Position numbers and translations under genes: made by a program. From the NCBI GenBank assembly GCA_038087875.1, contig CM075994.1, forward strand, positions 5,892,001 through 5,956,000: 64,000 bases of DNA, in the 5' to 3' direction. The notes under the pieces were generated by a model. The model was not told where the DNA came from. It saw only the letters and a program-made list of their open reading frames with translations, and did no database searches. Shown here piece by piece: positions 38,241 through 53,284 of the stretch. Source of the stretch: Malacoraja senta. Its lineage: Eukaryota. Each line of letters starts with the position of its first letter. Position 1 is the first letter of the stretch.

Positions 38241-40374
38241 AATCGGCAGATGTTTGAAGGCAGGTTGCGCCCAGCCCGATTGTGAGGCATCACAGGTTAT
38301 CGTAACAGGACGCTTCAGGTCGAAGAATGTCAAGGTGGGAGCGCAGGCCAGCTTGGTTTAAAAAAAATCAAATACTTGTTGATGCTGCTGGTACCAGGTC
38401 CACTGAGTGTCCTTTCGGGTGCGTTGTCTCAGTGGCGAACTTAGTTCGCTGAGATTCGGTATGAACTTTCCCAGATAGTTCACCATACCCAGAAATCGTT
38501 GAAGGGTTAAATCGTCGGTGGGGGCTGGCATCTCTCTGATGGCAGCAGTTTTCTTCGGGTCGGGCTTGAGGCCCTCAGAAGTGAACACGTTTCCGACATA
38601 GGGGACCTCTGGAACCCGCAACTTGCATTTATTAGGGTTGAATTTCAGCTTGTTCTCACGTGCCCTGTCCATAATACGCTTTAGGTTGATGTCATGCTCC
38701 GTTGCGTCTTTGCCATAAACCAGGATGTCATCTACGATGATGGCACACGGTAGTCCTTCGAACATCTGTTCCATGGTTCTTTGAAAAACCTCGCTGGCCG
38801 GGTTGATGCCGAATGGCATCCTAAGAAATTTGAATCTGCCGAATGGTGTGGCAAGCGTGGTGAGGTTTGATGACTCGTCATCCAGTGGTATCTGCCAAAA
38901 CGAGCTTTCAAGTTCAAGTGAGTTTATTGTCATATGTCCCTGATAGGACAATGAAATTCTTGCTTTGCTTCAGCAAAACAGAACATAGTAGGCATTGACT
39001 ACAACATTTTTGAGCTTTTTGCGTCGAGGACAGAAAAAACTGTTGCACGCCCGATTTGTGCAGCGATGTCCTCGACAGTTCTCATCGGATAATGCGGGCG
39101 CTTAATGGCAGCGTTCAAGTATTTTGGATTGATGCACACGCGGAGCTAGTTTTTGTCTTTCTTATAAGTGACAACCATGGTGGAGACCCAGTTTGTGGGT
39201 TCGCTGATTTGGGCTAGTACACCCATGGAGACCATGTTTTTTAGCTCAGTCTCAATTCTGTTTCGCATGGCATGTGGCACACGGTGGGGGGCACGGACGG
39301 CTGGGTCGATGGTGGGGTCAATGGCGATCTTATAAGTCACAGGCAGCTTGCCTAGCTTGCCATCGAATAGATCAGGATATCTTTTAATCGGGTCCTCAGA
39401 TATTAGCAACTTGTGAACGGTGCGGTCGAAGGAAACCAGCCCTAGGTCTTGGCAGGCATGTATGCCCAGTGGAATCACAGTCAGATTTAAGATATAGAAA
39501 GTCAGATTTCTTGTGGTGTTTTTCAGAACACATTTAAAGATAGTTCTTCCAAGAGGATACAGGACTTCCTGTCCATAAGCATGTACGGTAGAGCTGTCTC
39601 TAGTCAAGGTCTAATTATTTCTTATCTTGTTGTAGACATTCACAGACATTACATTCACGTGGGCCCCAGTACCCAGCTTGGCCTTCACAGGTCGATCTGT
39701 TTGGAATCTCTCTTCCACAGACAAATTGAAAAAAACGCTTTCTGATGGCTCTGTTATAAGCAGCCTTTTATTTGCCGTATAAAATTAAAGCTGTAATAAC
39801 TCAAAGTCATAATTGATTTGTACTCACAAATCCACAGATACCTCTTCAGATAAGTCTCGATGCTGTCGATAGACCTCAAGGCCTCATCTGGCCGAGGTCT
39901 TTATCTTCAGTTCCTCCTAGAACCAGTCTTCTTCTGGCTAAACCTCACCGAGATCTTGAAATTATGATGCTTTGTTTGGTTAGATTTTTTTAAGTACACC
40001 CATCCCTCTATTGTTTTATGTGAGATAAATAGGATATACTTTGCGTCGAATCAAATTTCCCGTGTTGATTTCCCCTGCAACCTATTCACATTTGCGCACA
40101 ATCGTATTTCCTCGTTTCTATCTGTCATCTGTATTTTTATGACAGCCATTGAACTCTACCAACCTGCGCATGACTCATCAGCTCGGCTAAACGCGTCACT
40201 GCCATTCTGTTTAATTAAAATTCCGTATAAAGGTGAAGCCAACGTCCAAAACGCATTATTTTGTCACTTTAATATATTTGTAAAATGAGTTTAGTTACGT
40301 TACGGCCACTGGAACCAGTGAACCACCCGGAGACTTTTCTGACATCAGCAGACGGGAACAAAACAAATACGTGC

Positions 40375-40589
40375 TGTAAATGATTATGTTACACAGATCT
40401 GGAGTTTAAATTCATCTTTAATTATAGTACATAGTATAGCGGTACAGCAGGTTGTTAGTTGCTAATTCATCATCACCGCTTCCAAGACTACCTTATGTAG
40501 GAAGTGGGTGTTAATATAAATCATACAATAAGGTGGGGTTAATGATGCTACTCTACTATGATTGGTTCACATGCAATAACCAATCTACA
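40375..40589 (-). repeat. Gypsy 3' LTR (copy B), 215 bp
   Basis: Near-identical to 36245-36459, with the same CGTGC flank and polypurine tract. Confidence 0.92.
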
Positions 40590-42440
40590 TCCTTCCCTGT
40601 AAAGAGCGAATATAGTTAAGCACATGTAAGACGCGCGAATTTAAACATACTCGCCGTATCTGTCAGGCGGTCAACTAATACGACCCTAACGCGTACGGAC
40701 CAACCCCTCCCCTACCGCACCAGAAAGGTTAGTGGGGGGGGGGGCATTGAACCCGGAGGGGAGAAAAGCAGTTGGGGGCACTTTAGGCGAAAGATAGGGT
40801 GAGCATGCGGGAGAGGTAGTGTTGTTGTTAGACAGGGACGCCGGTGGAGGCGGAGAACGGGACACGCTGGGACAAGGGATGGCAGCAGCAGTAGCAGACG
40901 GTTTGAACATCAGAGGTGGAGCAAGGGGATCGGTTGGTGGCGGACGAAGTTCTTTTACAAGCAGCAAGTGTTGGCGGCTCCACCTCTACAGGGCACCATC
41001 GACGTCGACAAGGTAGGAGCGGGGTTCCTAAGACGGGCCAACAACGAAACCTAGACGGGAATGTCCCACAGTAGTCTGCAAACGGACGACGTGGCCATGC
41101 AGTAGTCGTTTCAGCGGTTTGCTGGACATGTCATAGGATCGTTTCTGGATGTTGTGTTTCTCCTGGATGCGCTTCTGGACCGCGGCTGGCTTGAACACCT
41201 GTGGCACCAGCTTCTGCTTGGAAATTGGTATTGGTATTGGTATCAGTCGTTGTGCTGGTGAGCCTAGGATCCCGTCTCTAGAGATGTTTCTGAGGTTTAA
41301 AAGGTCCAGATACACATCCGACTTGCCCAGGTGGGAGCATTCCATTAGTTGGTTTGCGCTCCTGACGGCCCGTTCAGCGAGCCCGTTACTTTGAGGGTAT
41401 TCAGGGCTGCTTGTGACATGGTGGAAGTTCCATCGGTTGGCAAAGTGTTTGAATGCGTGACTGGTAAATTGTCTTCAGTTGTCAGTTTGCAGGCGGACTG
41501 GTGCGCCGGACTGGTGTTTCTGTAGCTTTTGAATTACCATTTCTGATGTGATGGAGGGCAGTAAATCGAGTTCGAACCAGTTAGAGTAGGAGTCGATCAG
41601 GACTAAATACTGTTTACCGTGCCATTCGAAAATGTCTGCTGCCAGCGACGTCCAAGGCAGTGCTGGTGGGGGTTATTGTAGCAGAGGCTGTTTCTGTTGT
41701 TGTGGTGCCAAACTGTTGCAGATGGGACAGGAGGCTCTGTCCCGTATGTACTTGGCCATACCGGGCTAGTAGAACATGCTCTGTGCGTGGGCCAACGTGG
41801 CATCGGTACCTGGGTGACCGTTGTGTGCCTCTTTGTAGCATTCGTCTTGTAAGGATGAAGGGATCACGAGTTTGTGGCCTTTAACTATGACACCGTCGTG
41901 TATTACCAACTCATCGCGGACTAGGAAGAACGGCTGCACCTCCAGTGGCGTGCTGGATTGCCTGTCTGGCCAGCCTCTTTTGATTATGGATGAGAGTAGC
42001 TGAAGAGTGCCATCAGCGGCTGTGTGTTCAGCCAGACGTCGCAATCGTTCCGTGGGAACGAAGTCGATCTTGAGAACCGTAAGCTCATCCCATTCATAGG
42101 GGTGTCGTTCACTGGATGCACGTGGTGCACGAGAGAGAGTTTCAGCAACGAGCATGTCCTTTCCTTTTTTGTAAACGATTCTGAAGTCGAACCGCTGGAG
42201 CTGCATCATCATGCGCTACAGTCGTGCAGGTGCTGCGTGCATAGGTTTATTAAGGATGGTTACAAGTGGCTGGTGGTCTCTTTCGACTGTGAAAGTGTTG
42301 CCGAAAATGAAGTCTGAATTTTGAATAAGCGAAGACCACAGCTAGCAGCTCTTTCTCGATCTGCGCATAGCGCTGTTCGGTGTTCGTCATGGTGCGGGAG
42401 TCGTAAGATATAGGTAGTACAGTTCCATCGGCAGATGTTG

Positions 42441-43016
42441 TTTTTTTTAATATTAGAAGCAAATGTGCAAAAATAGAATCAACGGCATATGAAATAATAC
42501 AGTTATTGTACAGCTTCCCGTTTACCTTTAAGCTATAGTTGGAAGAAAAGAAAGGAGAAAAAGTGAAATGTGCAAAGATAGAACCCCTAGACTACCAAAG
42601 TGGTGTAGCCAAAGAGTGAATAAATGAAAGAAAGAAGAGAGGAATAGAAATAAGAAAAATAAAAGGACATAAAGAGAAAGAAAGAAAAAAGTGGTGATAT
42701 ACCTGCCTCTCATCCCTCCCCACCCACCTCACCCAACCCGTAATTAGATATAAATCCAAAGTTGTTTTGTACCATACCATCCTTGTAATAAATCAATGAA
42801 TGGTGTCCATGTCTTCGAAAAATGATCTGGTTTTTCTGCCTAGACAAGTCTAATATTTTCAAGATGTAGCGTCTCGGACACGTTCATAATCCACATCTTA
42901 AGAGTAGGGACTGATGTATGTTTCCAAAATGTGAATATTCGTTTTTTCGCCGTTATCAGGCCATAATTAAGGAAACGTCTGAACTAATGATAGCTCAGAC
43001 GTACCTAGAATGATCA
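42441..43016 (-). mobile_element. L1 3' fragment nested in Gypsy RNase H region (copy B)
   Basis: ORF2 C-terminus DHFSKTWTPFIDLL on the minus strand; ATCGGCAGATGTT flanks both sides as a TSD. Confidence 0.82.
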
Positions 43017-43729
43017 ATCGGCAGATGTTTGAAGGCAGGTTGCGGGCTTCTGACGTACCTAGAATGATCAATCGGCAGATGTTTGAAGGCAGGTTGCGCC
43101 CAGCCCGTATTGTGAGGCATCGCAGGTTATCGTGACAGGACGCTTCAGGTCGAAGAATGTCAAGGTGGGAGCGCAGGCCAGCTTGGTTTAAAAAAAATCA
43201 AATACTTGTTGATGCTGCTGCTACCAGGTCCACTCAGTGTCCTTTCGGGTGAGTTATCTCAGTGGCGAACTTAGTTCGCTGAGATTCGGTATGAACTTTC
43301 CCAGATAGTTCACCATACCCAGAAATTGTTGTAGGGTTAAAACGTCGGTGGGGGCTAGCATCTCTCTGATGGCAGCAGTTTTCTTCGGGTCGGGCTTGAG
43401 GTCCTCAGAAGTGAATACGTGTCCGACATTGGGGACCTCTGGAACCCGCAACTTGCATTTATTAGGGTTGAATTTCAGCTTGTTCTCACGTGCCCTGTCC
43501 ATAATACGCTTTAGGTTGATGTCATGCTCCGCTACGTCTTTGCCAGGATGTCATCTACAATGATGGCACACGGTAGTCCTTCGAACATCTGTTACATGGT
43601 TCTTTGAAAAACCTCGCTGGCCGTGTTTATGCCGAATGGCATCCTAAGAAATTTGAATCTGCCGAATGGTGTGGCAAGCGTGGTGAGGTTTGATGACTCG
43701 TCATCCAGTGGTATCTGCCAATACGAGCT

Positions 43730-43826
43730 TTCAAGTTCAAGTGAGTTTATTGCCATGTGTCCCTGATAGGACAATGAAATTCTTGCTTTGCTTCAGCACA
43801 ACAGAACATAGTAGGCATTGACTACA
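43730..43826 (-). mobile_element. ~95-bp Rex1 3' tail inserted in Gypsy RT (also at ~38907-39002)
   Basis: Reverse complement of the tail at 52250-52320 (GCAAAGCAAGAATTTCATTGTCC...AATAAACTCACTTGA). Confidence 0.8.
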
Positions 43827-45278
43827 GCATTTTTGAGCTTTTTGCTTCGAGGACAGAAAAAACTGTTGCGCGCCCGATTTGTGCAGCGATGTCCTCGACA
43901 GTTCTCATCGGATAATGCGGGCGCTTAATGGCAGCGTTCAAGTCTTTTGGATTGATGCACACGCGGAGCTAGTTTTTGTCTTTCTTATAAGTGACAACCA
44001 TGGTGGAGACCCAGTTTGTGGGTTCGCTCATTTCGGCTAGTACACCCATGGAGACCATGTTTTTTAGCTCAGTCTCAATTCTGTTTCGCATGGCATGTGG
44101 CACACGGTGGGGGGGCACGGGCGGCTGGGTCGATGGTGGGGTCAATGGCGATCTTATAAGTCACAGGCAGCTTGCCTAGCTTGCCATCGAATAGATCAGG
44201 ATACCTTTTAATCAGATATTAGCAACTTGTGAACGGTGCGGTCGAAGGAAACCAGCCCTAGGTCTTGGCACGCATGGATGCCCAGGAGAGTCACAGTCAG
44301 ATTTTAAGATATAGAAAGTCAGATTTCTTGTGGTGTTTTTCAGAACACATTTAAAGGTAGTTCTTCCAAGAGGATACAGGACTTCCTGTCCATAAGCATG
44401 TAAGGTAGAGCTGTCTCTAGTCAAGGTCTAATTATTTATTATCTTCTTGTAGACATTCACAGACATTACATTCACGTGGGCCCCAGTTTCCAGCTTGGCC
44501 TTCACATGCTTGTTGTTAATTGACATTGAAACAGATGGATCTAAAAGCTTACCAGCTGTGTGAAGGAGTGTATGCACAGTGGACTCCTCGTATGTGCTAA
44601 TTGGATCATCCTCGTGGGCAGCTTCGAGCTGGTCCTGTGAGTCTTGAAATGTCTGGGCTTGTTGCAACAGGTGCAGATTAGACGCTGAGCTGGAAGTTCT
44701 GTTCCCACGGGACCTGCAGACAACGGCGAAGTGATTCATCTTTATTGCAGTAATTACATGGTTTGCCGTTCGCTGGACAGAACGCTCGTCCCTTGTTGTG
44801 GAAATAGTTGCAATTCTGGCATCTTTGCGGAGGCTCATTTGTAAATCCCCGGTTAGCCATTTGCGGTGATTTGTTCATAAATCTTCTGTTAGCTGTGGCT
44901 CCTTTGTTGAAACCCGTCAGATTTATGGTCTTCTTCTGAGTGTCAAACTGGTCACTAAGTGGAGCCACAATCTCAGACGTTCGGCAGGCATGCACAGCTT
45001 TTCAAGGGTTGAAACCCGTCAGCATTCCGCAGCAACTCAGTCTTTAGCTTTTGATCAGTCATGCCACTGACAAGCTTGTCCCTGATTAATTCGTTCGACA
45101 TGACCCCGAAGCGGCATCGTTGAGCCATATATTTCAAGTCACAAATAAGTCTTTCCACCGGCTCGTCGGGAAGCTGGCGTCTCGCGAAGAATGTTGCTCT
45201 TTCTAAGATACCGTTTGAGGGTAGGTCGCATAGTTCACGGAATTTACGCAGTAAAACATTGGGGTCACGCACAATGGT

Positions 45279-46025
45279 GGCGAATTGAGGAATGCAATTG
45301 AACAGAGGGATCTAGGAACAACTGTGCATAGTTCCCTGAAGGTGGAATCTCATGTAGATAGGGTGGTAAAGAAAGCTTTTGGTGTGCTGGCCTATGTAAA
45401 TCAGAGCATTGAGTATAGAAGTTGGAATGGAATGTTAAAATTACACAAGGCATTGGTGAAGCCAATTCTGGAGCATGGTGTACAATTTTGGTCGCCAAAT
45501 TATAGGAAAGATGTCAACAACATAGATAGAGTACAGAGGAGATTTATTAGAATGTTGCCTGGGTTTCAGCAACTAAGTTACAGAGAAAGGTTGAACAAGT
45601 TAGGTCTTTATTCTTTGGAGCGCAGAAGACTAAGGGGGGACTTGATAGAGGTATTTAAAATGATGAAAGGGATAGACAGAGTTGACGTGCATAAGCTTTT
45701 TCCATTGCGAGTAGGGAAGATTCAAACAAGAGGACATGATTTGAGAATTAAGGGACAGAAGTTTAGGGGTAACATGAGGGGGAACTTCTTTACTCAGAGA
45801 GTGGTAGCTGTGTGGAATGAGCTTCCTGTGGAAGTGGTGGAGGCAGGTTCGATTTTATCATTTAAAAATAAATAGGACAGATATATGGAGGGGAAAGGCA
45901 TGGATGGTTATGGTCTGAGTGTAGGTAGATGGGACTAGGGGAGAGTAAGTGTTCGGCACGGACTAGAAGGGACGAGATGGCCTGTTTCCGTGCTGTAATT
46001 GTTATATGGTGATATGGTTATATGG
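45279..46025 (+). mobile_element. CR1 3' fragment inserted in Gypsy gag
   Basis: LVKPILEHGVQFWSP and LERRRLRGDLIE motifs; (GTTATATG) tail; ATGGT on both flanks. Confidence 0.92.
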
Positions 46026-46348
46026 TCTCAGCAAGTACAACTACCTGATCGTTGGCATCGAGAACGGCTGGCGTGTAGTCAAATGTCTGCGCTCTCATCA
46101 GAGCCTCCGGTCCCGCCAGGTTTAGTAGAAGAGAAGCCTTGACAGCATCTGGTTCATTACGATGGCGATGTTGATATAGTGTTCGTAGTCGATTTCAAAT
46201 AGCCTCCAACGTTCCCCGATGTCAGAATCGAAGATGAGCTGCGTTGGCTTTCGGCACGAGTGAGCCATGGTGATACAAATGAAACTGATAAACAGAAATA
46301 AAACCCGACATACGGACGCAGTGGGTTACTTCACGCTGACTGACACAG

Positions 46349-46563
46349 TGTAAATGATTATGTTACACAGATCTGGAGTTTAAAGTCATCTTTAATTATA
46401 ACACATAGTATAGCGGTACAGCAGGTTGTTAGTTGCTAATTCATCATCACCGCTTCGAAGACTATTTAAGGTGGCAAGTGGGTGTTAATATAAAGCATAC
46501 AGTAAGGTGTGGTTAGTGATGGTACTCTACTAGGATTGGTTAACATGCAATAACCCATCTACA
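46349..46563 (-). repeat. Gypsy 5' LTR, 215 bp
   Basis: Homologous to the other two LTRs; followed by the CGTGC TSD. Confidence 0.92.
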
Positions 46564-46824
46564 CGTGCCTTACGATATATATGTGAAACATGTTTTGGAC
46601 TGCTCTGTTTAAGCAAATATTTTCGGTAATTCCAGAAATTTGATGTTTCCGTTTTGCGCGCCATTCAGTGAAAACAAGTTTATCAAGTTAGCAGAAGGGA
46701 GAAAAATAAACCGAGTGCAGATCACAGAGTTGCAGCGACAGATAATGTGCGATGGAAAGGGTGGAAGGACTGCAAGGAAATAGATCGTCAGATCTGGAAA
46801 TCATGCTTCCCATACGGAGGCTTT

Positions 46825-47135
46825 GGTTTAGTTTAGTTTAGTATAGTTTAGTTTACTTTATAATAGCTTAGAGATACAGCACGGAAACAGGCCTTTTGGC
46901 CCTCCGGGTCCAGGTGAAACCAGCGATCCCCGCACATTAACACCATCCTACACCCACTAGGGACAATGTTTACATTTACACCAAGCCAATTAGCCTACAA
47001 ACCTGTACGTCTTTGGAATGTGGGAGGAAACCGAAGATCTCGGAGAAAACCCACGCAGGTCACGGAGATCGGGATCGAACTCGGGTCTCCGGCGCTGCAT
47101 TCGCTATCTGCCGCTGCTCCACCGTGACTGCCGTG
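46825..47135 (-). mobile_element. V-SINE (HE1-like) with (TAAAC)n tail
   Basis: tRNA-like head with B box (GAGTTCGATCC), V-core, CR1-like 3' end and tail. Confidence 0.8.
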
Positions 47136-47764
47136 GCTTATTGAAGAGTTTGATAATCGCGGGAAAGAATTAGCTCTTGAATCTGGCGGCATGTAATTTC
47201 ATGCAACTATGTACCTGTACTCCTAGGTCCCTCTGATCTGCAACACTATTAAGGCCGCTATCATTCACTGTGAATGTTTTGCCCATGGTTGACTTACCAT
47301 AAGGCAACACCTCGCACTCAGCTGCATTAAAATCTAATATTCCGGCATTATTCAGTCCACTTGTCTTGCTGTTCAAAGGCCTGCGGTAACTTTTGCTGCT
47401 TGTGAATATTCTGCTGTCGAAATGATTGTTATGTGTACTTTGTGATTACTTTTATACATTTGATTTTGTTATTGTGTGCAGCATGTTCGTTATTCTGTGG
47501 TCTTCCAATACGTTTCCAGAGCGTTTCGGTTTTGACCGTTATCAATGAGGAGCGTGGTCAGCACACGTAAAATAAAGAAAAATCCTGGAGCACAACCGTC
47601 ATCGGCACGCAACTCCGCAATACTCTGTACCAGAAAACGGCGTCTTTTAATATCGAAGCAGTTAAAATAAATATCCCAGAGAGAATTAGCAATAAATGTA
47701 CGGGTTAGCTCGTTGTTCGAATGAAAAAGAAAGATACCGGGAAATGTAGATACTCGCTTACAAA

Positions 47765-48420
47765 CATACATAGATACATAGATACATAGAAAATAGGTGC
47801 AGGAGTAGGCCATTCGGCCCTTCGAGCCTGCACCGCCATTCAACATGATCATGGCTGATCATCCAACTCAGTATCCCGTACCTGCCTTCTCTCCATACCC
47901 CCTGATCCCTTTAGCCACAAGGGCCACATCTAACTCCCTCTTAAATATAGCCAATGAACTGGCCTCAACTACCCTCTGTGGCAGAGAGATCCAGAGATTC
48001 ACCACTCTCTGTGTGAAAACGTTTTTCCTCATCTCGGTCTTAAAGGATTTCCCCCTTATCCTTAAGCTGTGACCCCTTGTCCTGGACTTCCCCAACATCG
48101 GGAACAATCTTCCTGCATCTACCCTGTCCAACCCCATAAGAATTTTGTACGTTTCTATAAGATCCCCTCTCAATCTCCTAAATTCTAGCGAGTATAAGCC
48201 AAGTCTATCCAGTCTTTCTTCATATGAAAGTCCTGACATCCCAGGAATCAGTCTGGTGAACCTTCTCTGCACTCCCTCTATGGCAATAATGTCCTTCCTC
48301 AGATTTGGAGACCCAAACTGTACGCAATACTCCAGGTGTGGTCTCACCAAGACCCTGTACAACTGCAGTAGAACCTCCCTGCTCCTATACTCAAATCCTT
48401 TTGCTATGAAAGCTAACATA
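47765..48420 (-). mobile_element. CR1 3' fragment
   Basis: 183-aa ORF with LVRPHLEYCVQF and TRGHSLRI. Confidence 0.93.
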
Positions 48421-48429
48421 GCAGTTGTG

Positions 48430-48820
48430 TAACTCGGGTCAGAGAGTATCTCCGGAGGCCATGGTTAGGCGGCGTTTCGGGTTTGACCTCTCTTCACACA
48501 TATCAGAGTGGTGGACAAAACAGGGAAAGGGGTGGATGTAGAACCGAGCCGAGCAACTGTTAGGTGGAAGGTAGACACAAAATGTTGGAGTAACTCAGCG
48601 GGGCAGGCAGCATCTCTGGAGAGAAGGAATGGGTGATGTTTCGGGTGGAACAGAGATAGAATGTAGTCGGAGACAGTAAGACTGGTGGGAGAACAGGGAA
48701 GGGGAGGGTATGGAGAGAGATGGAAAGCAATGGCAATTTGAAGTTAAAGAAGTCAATGTGCACACTGCTGGCGTGCAAGCTACCCAAGCGAAATATGAGG
48801 AGCTGTTCCTCCAAATTGGG
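48430..48820 (-). mobile_element. Penelope-like element fragment
   Basis: EEQLLIFRLGSL resembles the C-terminus of the Penelope GIY-YIG region, followed by terminal-repeat-type sequence. Confidence 0.7.
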
Positions 48821-49344
48821 TTAGGTCGATACAGTTGAGGGGGCAGGGGGGGGGTTTGATAAAGTTGTGGACAAAAGATAGAAATTAAACAAGCAAAATA
48901 ATCCAGATAACAGACACGATTGCATTGTTTCTGAGTTTGCTCTTACGTTTGCTCTTGCTATACGCTTCCGTACCTTCTGCCGGACGAAATAACGAAGTAG
49001 AAATGAGCGGGTTAGGACACGTCTTTGGATATGTTTTTTTCCGGGGCAGCATGAAGATAGATTCAGGGTGGGAAGTCTGATCTGTGTGATAGATTGTGCT
49101 GCTTCTACAACTCTCAGCAGATTCTTGTGATCTTGGGCAGAGCAGTTACGAAACTAAGCCGCGATGCAACCCGGCAGTATGGTACATCTGCAGAAGGATG
49201 AAAGAGTCATTTCAAGACCTTCCGAATTTCATCTGATCGTCTGGGAGGCATTGGTGTGTATTTGCGCCTGTCGCATCAATGTAGTGGCCCCAACGGACCT
49301 GTTACAGTTGATGATGCTAACGCTAAGGAACAATATATACATTA

Positions 49345-49908
49345 TATATTAATGCTTTAGATGAAGGGAATAAAAGTAACATGAACAAATCTGCAGATGA
49401 CACAAAGTTGGCTGACAGTGTGAACTATGAGAAGGATGCGATGAGGATTCAGGGTGACTTGGACAGGTTGAGTGAATGGGCAGATGCATGGCTGATGCAG
49501 TTTAATGTAGATAAATGTGAGGTTATCCACTTTGGTGGCAAGAACAGGAAAGCATATTATTATCTGAACGGTGTTAAGTTAGGAAAAGGGGAATTACAAC
49601 GATATCTGGGTGTCCTTGTTCATCAGTCACTAAAAGTAAGCATGCAAGTACAGCAGGACGCGAAGAAAGCTAATAGAATGTTGGCCTTCATAACAAGAAG
49701 AGTTGAGTGTAGGAGCATATATGTCCTTCTGCAGTTGTACAGAGCCCTAGAGAGACCACACCTGGAGTATTGTGTGCAGTTTTGGTCCTCAAATTTGAGG
49801 ATGGAATCATATAAGATTATTAAGGTGTTGGACACGCTAGAGACAGGAAAGATGTTCTCGGTGTTGGGGGAGTACATATCCAGGGGCCACGGTTTAAGAA
49901 TAAGGGGC
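49345..49908 (+). mobile_element. CR1 RT fragment
   Basis: ADDTKL, FNVDKCEVIHFG and RPHLEYCVQFWS motifs. Confidence 0.9.
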
Positions 49909-50099
49909 ATTATTCCTAGGTGCAGCCGTTTTGAGATGAGCGTGCAGATGTGTTTGGATGGGATTATGGTGTAAAAAGCGGAGATGTGTTCCATGAAGAG
50001 AGATCAAACGCTGGAATTCTTGTTGGGTTGCTGTTCCAGTGATGCGTTTAGATAGAAACATAGAAAATAGGTGCAGAAGGAGGTCATTTGGCCCTTCGA

Positions 50100-50430
50100 T
50101 GTGTTCCTGTCGGTTTACTCCTGGGCCTGGCCAAGATGGCTATTCGCGGGTCCAGACAGCGGGCGGTCGATGGTCACACCAGAGATGGCTGACTGCCCCT
50201 CTTCCGGACCTACGTCCGTGCTCGCGTGTCCGTGGAGATGGAACACGCGATGTCCACGTGGCTCTGGAGGCCTTCCGTGAACGCTGGTCGCCGCGGGGGG
50301 TCGAGTGTATTGTACATACAGATTGCACCACTGTACCATAATAACTGCTTGATGTATTGTGGCCATTGAACGTTTGTGTACTTTTTGGTACTCTATAATA
50401 TGCAATTGTTGAATAAAGTAATGGAAAAAT
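50100..50430 (+). mobile_element. Tx1-like LINE 3' fragment
   Basis: ALEAFRERWSPRGVEC resembles the Tx1 ORF2 C-terminus; AATAAA follows. Confidence 0.5.
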
Positions 50431-50444
50431 AGAGGGGAGAGCAA

Positions 50445-50793
<349 letters not shown>

Positions 50794-50829
50794 TTCTAAA
50801 TTATTTTATTCCGTTTTATTCCTCTTCAG

Positions 50830-50856
50830 AAATTAGATATCTTCGCAAACAAATGG
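50830..50856 (+). CDS. Micro-exon (27 nt, phase 1): EIRYLRKQM
   Basis: ttattcctcttcag|...ATGG|gtaagt. Confidence 0.78.
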
Positions 50857-51059
50857 GTAAGTTAAAACAGACGATCTATTGATTGCTTCAGTATTTATGG
50901 TTAAGCCTGGAAAGGTATAATATTTCAGAGACAATATTAAATGTCGTAGAGCCACTTGGAACACGAATTGGATTTATCAATTGTCAAGAGTTAAGTTTGA
51001 CCACGTTCATGCTTTACGCCACGTGACACCATAGCCCTTAACCAATTGCAGGATCAAAC

Positions 51060-51548
51060 TGAAAGAAACAGGAAAAAGCAGCGACTCTCGGACAGGGCGG
51101 CTGGGCGGATCTCGGGCTGGGCGGCTCGCGGGCTGAGCGGCAATCGGGCTGGGCGGCTCTCGGGCTGAGCGGCTGGACGGCTGGACGGCTTGGCTCTCTC
51201 ACTCACGGCTTCTGGATTCTCTCACTCACGGACTCTGAGCCCAACCCGGCCTCCAGGGTTTATTCTCCTCGCACCAGTGATTGACAGCGGGTGCCGGAAG
51301 GGCCGCTACCTTGATGGTGACCGACAGGCGAGAAGACCAATCGGCGATGATTTCACGATTTTTTAAACCTTCATAACGTTTGTAATATACCACCGATCGG
51401 AACGCTTAGAGGGCTTGGTGTGCTTAGAGCACAGGACTACGGTAAGTAAGGTGGCGAAAAAATCCTGTTGATATAGGATACCGTTTTTGCGCAAATTAAA
51501 ACAAACCCAAACCGGAAGAGGACAAGAGAGTTTTAGTAATAGTATAGA
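51060..51548 (-). mobile_element. Non-autonomous Helitron-like element, 5' part
   Basis: Minus strand begins TCTATACTATTACTAAAAC; loosely similar to 241-300; contains short CGGGCTG(G/A)GCGG tandem units. No CTAG 3' end found. Confidence 0.5.
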
Positions 51549-51607
51549 ATACTATTACTACTATACTATTACCAAAACTATATATAGTGTATATATATGC
51601 GCGTGTA

Positions 51608-52508
<901 letters not shown>

Positions 52509-53042
52509 GAACGGGATTATGTTCAATCTGAAACTGAAATTTACAACCTGAAATTTAAAGTTCAATGAAGATGTCACATGAAATGGGAAAGCTTCCACGC
52601 CAAATGCCGTCTCCGTTTTAGTGTCATAGTCAATGACCTTGGGCATCCGCTTTTTTGCTATCCACGGGAAGTCTAGCTGCTCACTTCCTCGCAAATACAC
52701 AGGATCGGTGAAATTCGCGCATATATATAAGCTATATATATATATAGCTTATATATATAAATTATATAATTTTTTTTTAAAAATTAAATGTTCGGCACGG
52801 ACTTGAAGGGCCGAGATGGCCCTGTTTCCGTGCTGTTATGGTTATATATGCGCGTGTATAAACAGACACATAGACACACACATATACATATATCTAAGTG
52901 TGTATGTGGGTGGGTGTCTGTGTATGCGCACACATATATAAGCTACAGAATGCAGTACGGCATACACGCTGAATCACATTACATATACATGTCTATATAT
53001 GTAATTTGATTCAGTGTGTATGGCGTCCTGCATGTTGAACTT

Positions 53043-53228
<186 letters not shown>

Positions 53229-53284
53229 TGTGTATACACACAATATATAAGCTACAGCATGCAGTACGCCATACACACATGTTC

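Larger units (their letters stand above)
35563..39629. repeat. Tandem duplication copy A (BEL 5' leader + spacer + Gypsy 3' LTR to protease)
   Basis: Colinear with ~39630-44506; lacks ~0.77 kb (copy B ~41675-42440). Confidence 0.9.
39630..44506. repeat. Tandem duplication copy B
   Basis: Sequence jumps from the Gypsy protease (...GCCTTCACA) back to the BEL leader (GGTCG..TGGAATCTCTCTTCC) at ~39630. Confidence 0.9.
36245..46563 (-). mobile_element. Ty3/Gypsy LTR retrotransposon, decayed, partly tandem-duplicated, with nested LINEs
   Basis: gag ATG at 46268 (MAHSCRKP), protease KL(E/G)TGA, RT FLRMPFGI...IIVDDILVYG, RNase H YAQIEKELLA, integrase HNGHPG, LVDSYS, TDNGRQF, SNGLAE; CGTGC 5-bp TSD at 36240-36244 and 46564-46568. 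Confidence 0.95.
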
